64,000 bases of DNA from Acidobacteriota bacterium (GTDB lineage: Bacteria > Acidobacteriota > UBA6911 > RPQK01 > JAJDTT01). Every line of letters begins with the position of its first letter. Positions within the stretch are counted from its first letter, which is position 1. Below are positions 30,663 to 38,925 of the stretch, piece by piece. Below the pieces are notes generated by a model. That model was not told the origin of the DNA and ran no database searches. It saw only the letters and a list, made by a program, of their open reading frames with translations. Where the stretch lies: positions 3,200,001 through 3,264,000 of the forward strand of contig OZ253580.1 of NCBI GenBank assembly GCA_965263035.1, in the 5' to 3' direction. The position numbers were made by a program, and so were the translations under genes.

Positions 30663-31682
30663 TCAGGTGAAGAGGGTCTTCTGCGAGGTTGTCGCTTCGA
30701 GGCCCAGATGGGAGTAGGCCAGGGGGGTGGCCACGCGGCCCCGAGGAGTTCGGGCAAGGAAGCCGATCTGAATCAGGTAGGGCTCGTAGATGTCTTCGAT
30801 GGCGATCTTCTCCTCGCTGATGGCGGCGGAGAGGGTGCTCAGGCCGACGGGGCCGCCGTCGAATCTTGCGATGATGGTGTCCATGAGCTTGCGATCGATC
30901 TCGTCGAAGCCGAACCGGTCCACGTTCATGAGTTCCAGTCCCCGGCAGGCGATGTCCCGAGAAATCTTTCCGTTGGCCCGCACCTGGGCATAATCGCGGA
31001 CCCGTTTGAGCAGGCGGTTGGCGATCCGTGGTGTGCCTCGGCTCCTTCGCGCCACCTCCGACGCTCCTTTGAGGTCGATCTCCACGCCCAGAAGTTCCGC
31101 GGAACGGCGGATGATGGAGACCAGGCTCTCGACGTCATAGAAGTCGAGTCGCTGTATGATCCCGAACCTTCCCCGGAGTGGAGAGGTGAGCAGACCGGTG
31201 CGGGTCGTGGCCCCCACCAGCGTGAACCGGGGTATGTCGATCTTGATGGAACGGGCGCCCGGGCCTTCGCCGATGATGATGTCGATCTGAAAGTCCTCCA
31301 TGGCCGGGTATAGAATCTCCTCGATGGCGGGATGGAGCCGATGGATCTCGTCGATGAAGAGAACGTCCTTGTCTTCCAGGTTGGTGAGAATGGCGGCCAG
31401 GTCCCCTCGTTTCTCGATGGCGGGGCCGGAAGTGGAGCGAAAGGTGACCTCAAGTTCATTGGCGATGACGTGGGCCAGAGTCGTCTTTCCCAGACCGGGA
31501 GGCCCGAAAATCAGAATGTGGTCCAGTGCCTCGCCGCGGCGGCGGGCAGCCTCGATGCCGACGGAGAGCCCCTCCTTGACCTGGTCCTGACCCACGAAGT
31601 CGCGCAGCCGGCGAGGACGGAGATTGGTCTCGTAGAGGACCTCTTGTTCCTGATGCTGAGGATTCATGAGCCGATCCTGCAC
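30663..31682 (-). CDS. ruvB: Holliday junction branch migration helicase RuvB
   Basis: [39 protein letters not shown]. Confidence 0.98.
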   Translation of the reverse strand: MQDRLMNPQHQEQEVLYETNLRPRRLRDFVGQDQVKEGLSVGIEAARRRGEALDHILIFGPPGLGKTTLAHVIANELEVTFRSTSGPAIEKRGDLAAILTNLEDKDVLFIDEIHRLHPAIEEILYPAMEDFQIDIIIGEGPGARSIKIDIPRFTLVGATTRTGLLTSPLRGRFGIIQRLDFYDVESLVSIIRRSAELLGVEIDLKGASEVARRSRGTPRIANRLLKRVRDYAQVRANGKISRDIACRGLELMNVDRFGFDEIDRKLMDTIIARFDGGPVGLSTLSAAISEEKIAIEDIYEPYLIQIGFLARTPRGRVATPLAYSHLGLEATTSQKTLFT

Positions 31683-31755
31683 CGGTCAATTCCTCTGAGA
31701 CTCGGCTTCCGCCGGCAATTTTCCGCTCTGCTTCATTCCCGGTTCCACCCGCCGG

Positions 31756-32352
31756 TCACCTGGAGATCTTGCGCAACGTGCTCCTGAGCAGATCCTCGAA
31801 GCGATCGGGGCTCTCCTGCTTGAGCACCTGGGTGACGGCCTTCTCCGCGATTCTCTTGACATAGCCCAAGTTGACCAGGGCGGAGACCACGTCTTGCCGT
31901 AGTCGGGCCGGAACCCCCGAAATGCTTACCGTCTCCACTGGCGGCGCCAAATCCTGCAGCCGGTCGCGCACCTCCAGGACGATCCGTCCCGCCGTCTTCT
32001 TGCCCACGCCGGGGACGGCGTAGAGTCGAGCCAGGTCCTTGGCCGCGACGGCCTCCAGAAATTCGTCGACCGGCATTCCCGACAGGATGGCAATTCCCAG
32101 TCGAGGGCCGATGCCCGATACCTGGATGAGGCGCGTGAAAAGCTCCTTCTCTCTGACAGTGGAGAAACCATACAGACTGAGCTGATCCCCTTTCGCGTGA
32201 GTGTAGATTTGCAGGGTGACAGCGTCGGACTCGGAACCCAACTCGTAGTAGGTCGAGAAGGGGATGTGAACCTCGTATCCGACTCCGCGAACGTCCACGA
32301 TGATGCGGCCGGCCGACTTTTCCGCGAGGACGCCTGTAAGGCGAGCGATCAT
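31756..32352 (-). CDS. ruvA: Holliday junction branch migration protein RuvA
   Basis: GVGYEV, LYGF, VSGIGP, VPGVGKKTA, ALVNLGY. Confidence 0.96.
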   Translation of the reverse strand: MIARLTGVLAEKSAGRIIVDVRGVGYEVHIPFSTYYELGSESDAVTLQIYTHAKGDQLSLYGFSTVREKELFTRLIQVSGIGPRLGIAILSGMPVDEFLEAVAAKDLARLYAVPGVGKKTAGRIVLEVRDRLQDLAPPVETVSISGVPARLRQDVVSALVNLGYVKRIAEKAVTQVLKQESPDRFEDLLRSTLRKISR

Positions 32353-32367
32353 CTGCTGATTATACCG

Positions 32368-33141
32368 TCAGGCCGGAAGCTGCGAGTCCCGGACCTCTGG
32401 ACCGGTAGCGGATTTGCGGTCTTGGAGGCCGCGGTCCATCTCGGCCAGGATCTTCCGGGCTTGCGCCAAGGGATCGGCGGCGTCGCGGATGGGCCGTCCC
32501 ACGACCAGATAGTCGGCGCCGTCCCGGACCGCACGATAGGGAGTGACCACGCGTTTCTGGTCGTCGAGCCGATCCCCGCCGAGTCGGATGCCGGGGCAGA
32601 CGAGGACCGGACCTCGACCCAACTCCCGGCGCAGCCTTCGCACACTCCGGCCGGAGCAGATCAGTCCATCGCAGCCGTTGGAGACCGCAGTCCGGGCTCT
32701 CCACTCGACGTAGTCCTCCAAATCCCGGAACCGTCCTCCCGAACCCAGGCCAACGTTGTCTCGCAGGTCCTGGGCATCCACACTGGTCAGCAGGGTGACG
32801 CAGAGCACCTGTAGCCGAGACCCGCTTTTCCCCTCTCGAGCGGCCGCCGCTCCGGCTCCCGTGTCGTGAATGGTGATGAAGCGGGCGCCCAGCCGCGAGG
32901 CTGCGGCGACGGAACGGCGCATGGTCGCCGGTATGTCGTACAGCTTGAGGTCCAGGAAAACGTCCTGTCCCTCCCGGACCAGCCACCGCACCAGACCCGG
33001 CCCCTCCGAAACGAAAAGCTCGAGCCCCACCTTGAAGAAGCCCACGGAGGGGCGCAACGTGGCAACCAGGGCCTCGGCCTCGGCCCGGCTTCCCACATCC
33101 AGGGCGAAAATGAGCCCCCTCTCCGACGCGCCGGGACTCAT
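32368..33141 (-). CDS. pyrF: Orotidine-5'-phosphate decarboxylase
   Basis: ALD, FKVG, FLDLKLYDIPAT, VTLLTS, PGIR, DDQKR, VVGRPI. Confidence 0.94.
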   Translation of the reverse strand: MSPGASERGLIFALDVGSRAEAEALVATLRPSVGFFKVGLELFVSEGPGLVRWLVREGQDVFLDLKLYDIPATMRRSVAAASRLGARFITIHDTGAGAAAAREGKSGSRLQVLCVTLLTSVDAQDLRDNVGLGSGGRFRDLEDYVEWRARTAVSNGCDGLICSGRSVRRLRRELGRGPVLVCPGIRLGGDRLDDQKRVVTPYRAVRDGADYLVVGRPIRDAADPLAQARKILAEMDRGLQDRKSATGPEVRDSQLPA

Positions 33142-34241
33142 AGGGAGAGCAGGGGATTCTCTCGATTCTCCAGCGGGAGTTTGACGGGGCCTCCCTGGCG
33201 CTGGGACTCGAAGGCCGCCACGATCATCTCGGTGGCGCCGCGAGCCTCGTAAACGTTGCCCAGAGGGTCGCGGTCCTCCTCGATGGCCCGGATCAGATCT
33301 TCGGCGATCCAGACGTTTCCCGGGTGCGCGCCTCTCTTTTCCAATGGCTCCGGTTTGCCGACCCCGGTTGTGCTCACGCTGGTCCACTTGGAGCCGGTCC
33401 TGCCCGGCGACCACGCCGAGTCTTCCAGCAGGTGCACGTCGGGGACTGGGCCGGTGTAGGTTTCAAGCAGTCCTTTGGACCCCCGGATCGTGAGGCCGAA
33501 ACGAGTCGGTCTGCCGGCCGCGTTCCGGTGGCTCGAAAAATAGGCGCCCGCGCCGCTCTCCATGCCGTACATGGCCTCCACCCGGTCTCCGGCCAATGCG
33601 CCGATACCTTCGGCCCCGTCTACCACGTCAGCACGGGTCACCGGGCGTCCGTTCCGGGTGACCCGGGCGTAGCACCAGAGGGCGTTTCCCCCGAAAATAC
33701 GCATCAGGTCGAAGATGTGCGTCCCCAGGACCCACAAGTCCTCGCCGCCCCCTCGACGGTCCTCTTTGCCGCGGCCGCAGAATTCCAGAACCCGGCCCAG
33801 ACGTCCCTCGGCGATCAGGTCCTTCATCACCTGGATCTTGGGGCTGTAACGAGTCTGGTGGGCGATGGCCAGCTTGACGTGGGAACGCTCGCAGGCCTCC
33901 ACCATGGCGTCCGCCTCGGCCAGAGTGCGGCACATGGGCTTTTCCAGGAAGATGCTGGCTCCGAGCTCGGCGCAGGCCAACACCATGTCGTGGTGGCAGT
34001 CCAGCCACCGGGGAGCCACGCTCACGATCTGAGGACGTTCCTGCCGCAACATCTCCCGGAAGTCCGAGTAGCCGGCCTTGACGCCCAATCGTTCGGTCGC
34101 CTCCCGGAGACCCTTCTTGTCTTCATCGGCGACAGCGATCAGCTCCGCCTGGTCCACTGCCAGCCAGACCGTGTCCAGGCCGTGCCCATAGTTACCTCGG
34201 TTGGTCCGGCCGATGACGGCGACCCGGTATTTTTCGCTCAT
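33138..34241 (-). CDS. Gfo/Idh/MocA family oxidoreductase
   Basis: N-terminal Rossmann fold, LEKPM, GG.DL...GTH..D. Confidence 0.9.
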   Translation of the reverse strand: MSEKYRVAVIGRTNRGNYGHGLDTVWLAVDQAELIAVADEDKKGLREATERLGVKAGYSDFREMLRQERPQIVSVAPRWLDCHHDMVLACAELGASIFLEKPMCRTLAEADAMVEACERSHVKLAIAHQTRYSPKIQVMKDLIAEGRLGRVLEFCGRGKEDRRGGGEDLWVLGTHIFDLMRIFGGNALWCYARVTRNGRPVTRADVVDGAEGIGALAGDRVEAMYGMESGAGAYFSSHRNAAGRPTRFGLTIRGSKGLLETYTGPVPDVHLLEDSAWSPGRTGSKWTSVSTTGVGKPEPLEKRGAHPGNVWIAEDLIRAIEEDRDPLGNVYEARGATEMIVAAFESQRQGGPVKLPLENRENPLLSL

Positions 34242-34283
34242 AGTCTCACCTCACAGAACAGGTTGGGGATAACGTCGATCTTA

Positions 34284-34445
34284 ACAGTCCGTGGTGAAAG
34301 TCTCACGCAGCACCGAGACCGGGGCTGCGCCCGCCGGACAGGGCGCTCTGAGGGAGCATACCGGGAGTACGTGACCGAGGAGCAACGCAGTCCGCGCACG
34401 ATGCAGACCCGGTCGAATGCCGTGACGACTTTCGCCACGGGCTGT
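34284..34445 (+). mobile_element. MITE family B, intact copy (about 160 bp, in a TTAA context)
   Basis: TIRs acagtccgtggtgaaagtc ... gactttcgccacgggctgt; TA (ttaa) on both sides; homologous to 45122-45447. Confidence 0.85.
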
Positions 34446-34454
34446 TAACAGTTG

Positions 34455-34473
34455 GCAACCCGTGGCAAAAGTC
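34455..34473. repeat. Extra family B terminal repeat next to the intact copy
   Basis: gcaacccgtggcaaaagtc. Confidence 0.55.
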
Positions 34474-34597
34474 GACTCGCCGTCGTCGCCGGACCGGCGG
34501 GCCAGGTTCTCCTCTGGCAAACTGTTGCCGGTAGGGCTAACCTGATGAACCACGCCCGGGACGATATTTCCGCGTCTCATCGGGTGGTTCGTGAATC

Positions 34598-36139
34598 GTG
34601 GAGTCGCAGATGGGGTATGGTGCGGGCAGGTGGGGGGCTTGGCTGCTCCTGGGGCCTGTCCTGGTTGCGGCGGAACCCGCCTGGTGCCAGGAGCCGGCTT
34701 CCAACGCCGGTTCGGGGCCGCCGCCACGATTCGACTTGTCTTCAGCTTCCGGCCCTGAGTCCCGTCCGTCGCCCCTGGAACTGCTGCGCAAAGCGATTCT
34801 CCAACTCCGGCAGCTTCCCGACTCCAACCGCCGCGTGAAACGTTCGGTCGGCGACGTCGTGGAGGCCATCTCCGAAAGCCTGTCCCACCACGGAGACAGC
34901 CTTTACCTCGATGGAAGGCAGATCCGTTCGTATCCGGATGGAAAGAGGGTCTTCAAGTACGGCAAACGGGCACTGAGCCGGATCCAGCGGGGCTTCAATT
35001 CGGTGCGCGGGAACCGCGAGGTCCAGTCGGTCTTCGTGCGGGTGGCAAAGAATCTCCTCGAGGCTCAGACCGAGATCGCACGGGCCTCCATCGAGGCGGC
35101 CCAGCGGTTGAGCGCCATCGGTCTGGCGGACGAATGGCAGGTGGAAAGAGCCCTTCGGGAATTGGAGAGAGCCGGCCGGCACGATGATTCCAGGAAGGCC
35201 ATGGATGCCCTGAAGAAGGCCTGGGAGGTTTCACAGCAGGCGGTGCGCCGGCAGAGCCTGGCGGTCATGGCCTTCCGGGACTCTCCCGATCCGTTTTCAC
35301 CGGAGCTGGCAACCAGCATTCTGTCCATCACTTTCAAGATTCTGGCCCAGGGACACTATTCGCTGGGCTATGTTCGCGTAATTCAGGATCCGGCCAGTGG
35401 CGAGGTGATCCGGTTTTTGAACAATCGTCCCTGGGACGGCACGGACGGAACAGGACGCATGGTGCCCGACGGGAGCTATCCCTATCTGGCCTTCGGTCAG
35501 CTCACGAGGCTGACGGTGTACGACCGGCGCCGGGGGAGGATTTCTGTGCGCAAGCCGAGTGAGTATCGAGCCGCATCGTTTCCCATCACCGGAACCGTCA
35601 TGGTGGACGGCACGCCGCCCGTGCTCCAGGTCGAGACCACTCCCCCGCCGAACCGCCGCGGCTGGCACAATTCGGACGTGACCGTTTCGTTCAAGGCGCG
35701 AGACAACCTGGCCGGGTTGGCCAGTGTGAGTCCCGACCTGCAAATCACGACCGAAGGCCCGGTTCGGCGCCTGAGGGGTATGGCCGTCGATCGGGCGGGA
35801 AACAGCACTTCCCTGGATCTGGAAGTCAAACTGGACAAGCAGCCACCCTCGATCGAGGTGACGTGGCCCACGACGGGGTCCCGGCTGGAAGAGGGGGGCC
35901 TCAGGTTGACGGGGGTGGTTCGAGACGCGCTCTCCGGGGTCGCCCAAGTGACTTGCAACGGACAGCCGGTCCGGTCTCGGGGCACGGAGTTCAGCTGCGA
36001 CCTGCGGCTCCGGGAGGGAGAGAATCAAATTCGAGTGGAGGCAGTCGATCATGCGGGAAACGACGCGTTGGCCTCGATTCGGGTGCACGGCCTGTCGCCC
36101 GCCGCGGCGGCGGGGCATTTCCCTGCCGGAAGGGAATAG
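34598..36139 (+). CDS. Secreted hypothetical protein with a helical N-domain and several Ig-like domains
   Basis: Signal-peptide-like N-terminus; SPDPFSP/WDG/PDGSY (FlgD-Ig-like); GWHNSDVTV, AVDRAGN, LDKQPP, LREGENQI, AVDHAGN. Confidence 0.7.
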   Translation: MESQMGYGAGRWGAWLLLGPVLVAAEPAWCQEPASNAGSGPPPRFDLSSASGPESRPSPLELLRKAILQLRQLPDSNRRVKRSVGDVVEAISESLSHHGDSLYLDGRQIRSYPDGKRVFKYGKRALSRIQRGFNSVRGNREVQSVFVRVAKNLLEAQTEIARASIEAAQRLSAIGLADEWQVERALRELERAGRHDDSRKAMDALKKAWEVSQQAVRRQSLAVMAFRDSPDPFSPELATSILSITFKILAQGHYSLGYVRVIQDPASGEVIRFLNNRPWDGTDGTGRMVPDGSYPYLAFGQLTRLTVYDRRRGRISVRKPSEYRAASFPITGTVMVDGTPPVLQVETTPPPNRRGWHNSDVTVSFKARDNLAGLASVSPDLQITTEGPVRRLRGMAVDRAGNSTSLDLEVKLDKQPPSIEVTWPTTGSRLEEGGLRLTGVVRDALSGVAQVTCNGQPVRSRGTEFSCDLRLREGENQIRVEAVDHAGNDALASIRVHGLSPAAAAGHFPAGRE

Positions 36140-36141
36140 GA

Positions 36142-37404
36142 ATGCGCGTATCTCTTCCTTGCCTGCCTCGATGGTTGTTCCCGTTTTTCCTGGGGATTCC
36201 GTTCTACCTGCCGCTGCCGGCGGAGACGGGAGGAGAGGATTGGCCCCGGTTCCTGGGTCCTCGGGGAGACGGCAGCTCAAGCGAGACGGGCTTGCTGGAA
36301 GGTTGGTCCGAAGAGGGTCCGCCCCTGGTCTGGGAACGGAGGCTGGGGCAGTCGTTCAGTCCGCCCGTGACCTCTGCCGGCCGTATCGTCGTATTTCACC
36401 GGGTTCGGGGCGAGGAGATCGTGGAGTGTCTCGAAGCCGGGACTGGCCGTCCCATCTGGAAGCAGCGATATCCCACTCGCTATCTGGATCGTTACGGTTA
36501 CAACAACGGCCCCCGATCCTCCCCAGCCATCGACGGGGACCGTGTCTACACCTTCGGGGCCGAGGGAAAGCTCACATGCCTGGACTTTTCCTCCGGTCGA
36601 ATCCTCTGGCAGCGTTGGATCAACCGAGACTACCGCGTCCCCCGGAACTTTTTCGGCGTCGGTTCGGCGCCGGTGGTCGAAGGGAATCGAATCCTGCTGA
36701 ATGCGGGCGGCGACGGCGCGGGTGTCCTGGCGGTGGAAAAGAACTCGGGTGAGACCATCTGGAAGACCGGCGATGACGAGGCGAGCTACTCAACGCCGGC
36801 CGTCGTCGATCTGGACGGACGCCGAGTCGCCATGTTCTTGACCCGGGGGGGCTTCCTGGCGGTGGACGCGACGAACGGCCGGGAACTGTACCGCTATCCT
36901 TTCCGTTCCCGCAGCTATGAATCGGTCAATGCCGCCACGCCGGTCGTGGTGGGCAACCACGTCTTTCTCTCGGCGACTTACAATACGGGAGCCGTTCTGC
37001 TGGAACTGGGTTCGCAAGGTGTGGCGGAAGTCTGGCGGGACCGGCTGGCGATGCAGAATCACTGGGCCACGAGTCTCTACCGGGACGGTTACCTGTATGG
37101 AGTGGACGGCCGGCACGAGGGACAGGCCAACCTGCGTTGCATCGAGCTTCTGACGGGTGCGGTTCGCTGGAAATCACCTCGGGGCCTGGGCCGATCCAGT
37201 TTTGTCCTGGCCGAGGGTCGACTCATTCTGTTGGGGGAGCGGGGAGATCTGGCTCTGGTGGAACTGAGTCCGGACTCGTATCGAGAGAAGGCTCGTGCAC
37301 GGGTTCTGACCTACCCCTGCTGGGCTCCACCCGTTCTCTCCCACGGGCTTCTCTATCTTCGCAACGAAATCCGTCTGATCTGCCTGGATATGAGAAAGAA
37401 GTGA
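36142..37404 (+). CDS. PQQ-like beta-propeller repeat protein
   Basis: DWPRFLGP, GPRSSP, repeated G..lW blades, CWAPPV..G.LYLR. Confidence 0.85.
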   Translation: MRVSLPCLPRWLFPFFLGIPFYLPLPAETGGEDWPRFLGPRGDGSSSETGLLEGWSEEGPPLVWERRLGQSFSPPVTSAGRIVVFHRVRGEEIVECLEAGTGRPIWKQRYPTRYLDRYGYNNGPRSSPAIDGDRVYTFGAEGKLTCLDFSSGRILWQRWINRDYRVPRNFFGVGSAPVVEGNRILLNAGGDGAGVLAVEKNSGETIWKTGDDEASYSTPAVVDLDGRRVAMFLTRGGFLAVDATNGRELYRYPFRSRSYESVNAATPVVVGNHVFLSATYNTGAVLLELGSQGVAEVWRDRLAMQNHWATSLYRDGYLYGVDGRHEGQANLRCIELLTGAVRWKSPRGLGRSSFVLAEGRLILLGERGDLALVELSPDSYREKARARVLTYPCWAPPVLSHGLLYLRNEIRLICLDMRKK

Positions 37405-37545
37405 ACTGTTCTTTCTCCCGCTCGAAATGAATCCCGGGAGATCGCCGCACCTGGGACCGGGGCGGGGGGCGCCCCTGCAGCTCCCGGCGCAGGTCCCGTT
37501 CTTGCGCGACGTGGGACTCTCGGCACCGGCTGGTATACTCCCGCC

Positions 37546-38751
37546 GTGATCCGGGCCCTTCAGGTCAGCAAGGTCTACAGGTCCTACCCGGGTCCATTCG
37601 CCCTGTTGCGGGAGATCATTTCAGGGAGACCTTCCCATCGGTCCTTCGCGGCCCTGGAATCGGTCAGCTTTCAAGTACGACGCGGTGAAGGTTTCGGCAT
37701 CGTCGGCAACAACGGAGCAGGGAAGTCGACCCTGCTCAAGATATTGGCCGGGACCTGCGCTCCCAGCGGCGGAGAAGTCCATCTCCAGGGCCGAGTGGCC
37801 GCGCTTCTGGAATTGGGCGTCGGTTTCGACCCGGAGTTTACGGGACGGCGCAACCTCTATTTCGGGGGCACCCTGGCCGGTTTTTCCAGGGATGAGATCG
37901 CACGCCGCGAGTCCGAGATCATCGATTTCAGTGGTCTTGGCGACGAGATCGATCGACCGGTCAAGACCTACTCCGCGGGCATGATGCTGCGACTGGCCTT
38001 CTCCCTGGCGACCAGTTTCGAGCCGGATGTCCTGATTGTCGACGAGGTCCTGGCCGTGGGAGACGGTGAGTTCCAGCGCAGGTGTCTTGATCGTATTCAG
38101 GGTCTCCGGGATCGGGGCTGCACTGCCGTCCTATGCTCCCACGCCCTCCATCAGATAGAGACCTTCTGTTCCCGAGCCCTCTGGCTGCATCGGGGGCGGG
38201 TCCAGGCGATGGGTTCAAGCCGCGAGGTGGTCGGGCGATACCGTGAGTTCTGTCAGACCGGAAGCCGGGAGTGGGATCCGGTTCAGGCCCAGGCGGCCGG
38301 TTCTCGAAAGATCTGCTGGATCGAGGATGTCAAGCTCGAACGTCCCCGGACCGGACCTTTCCGGACTGGCGAAAGTTTGAAGTTGGACGTTTCGGCCCGC
38401 TTTCTCCCCGAGTTCCACGGGACTCCCGGTCTGGGGGTCGCCGTGGTGCGAGACGATGGAGTTGTCGTCTACGTCACCAGCACTGTCTTCGACGGCGTCC
38501 CGCTCCGGAAGGCCGGCCCCGGTGAATACCATGCCAGAGTGGTCTTTCCTCGCTTGGCTCTGCTCGAAGGCCGCTACTACTTCAACGTCGTGGCCACCGA
38601 TACCGCAGGTCTCCAGTCCTACGATCTGGCCGAGAAGAAGGAACCCTTCTCCGTTACCCACAGCGGTTCCGATTCGGGTCTTCTGCAGCTACGGATGGAA
38701 TGGGGGCTAGGAGCCTGCGCGGCAGAAATTGATCTACTGCGAAAGCGGTAG
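37546..38751 (+). CDS. Polysaccharide ABC exporter ATP-binding subunit (Wzt-like, with C-terminal domain); last 13 codons come from a MITE
   Basis: GNNGAGKST, PVKTYSAGM..RLAF, DEVLAVGD..FQ, CSH; Wzt_C-like tail. Confidence 0.88.
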   Translation: MIRALQVSKVYRSYPGPFALLREIISGRPSHRSFAALESVSFQVRRGEGFGIVGNNGAGKSTLLKILAGTCAPSGGEVHLQGRVAALLELGVGFDPEFTGRRNLYFGGTLAGFSRDEIARRESEIIDFSGLGDEIDRPVKTYSAGMMLRLAFSLATSFEPDVLIVDEVLAVGDGEFQRRCLDRIQGLRDRGCTAVLCSHALHQIETFCSRALWLHRGRVQAMGSSREVVGRYREFCQTGSREWDPVQAQAAGSRKICWIEDVKLERPRTGPFRTGESLKLDVSARFLPEFHGTPGLGVAVVRDDGVVVYVTSTVFDGVPLRKAGPGEYHARVVFPRLALLEGRYYFNVVATDTAGLQSYDLAEKKEPFSVTHSGSDSGLLQLRMEWGLGACAAEIDLLRKR

Positions 38752-38869
38752 AATCGGTCCATATTTCCCCGATTTCTCGGCGAATAGAACGACTATGCAC
38801 CTCAAAATCGAGAAAATCTGGCCTCGATTCCCCGCTTTCTCGCTACGATCATTCCTACCGCGCAGACTC
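38711..38869 (+). mobile_element. MITE family A, copy 3 (159 bp, CTAG duplication)
   Basis: CTAG at 38707-38710 and 38870-38873. Confidence 0.9.
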
Positions 38870-38925
38870 CTAGGAGAGAAAAGAGGAAAAAGGAAAGAGG
38901 AGAGAGAGAAGAGGAGGAGTGGGGA

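Noticed and set aside
11099-32352. ruvC separated from ruvAB by about 19 kb
   Set aside because: Split ruv loci are common, and no mobile boundary explains it.
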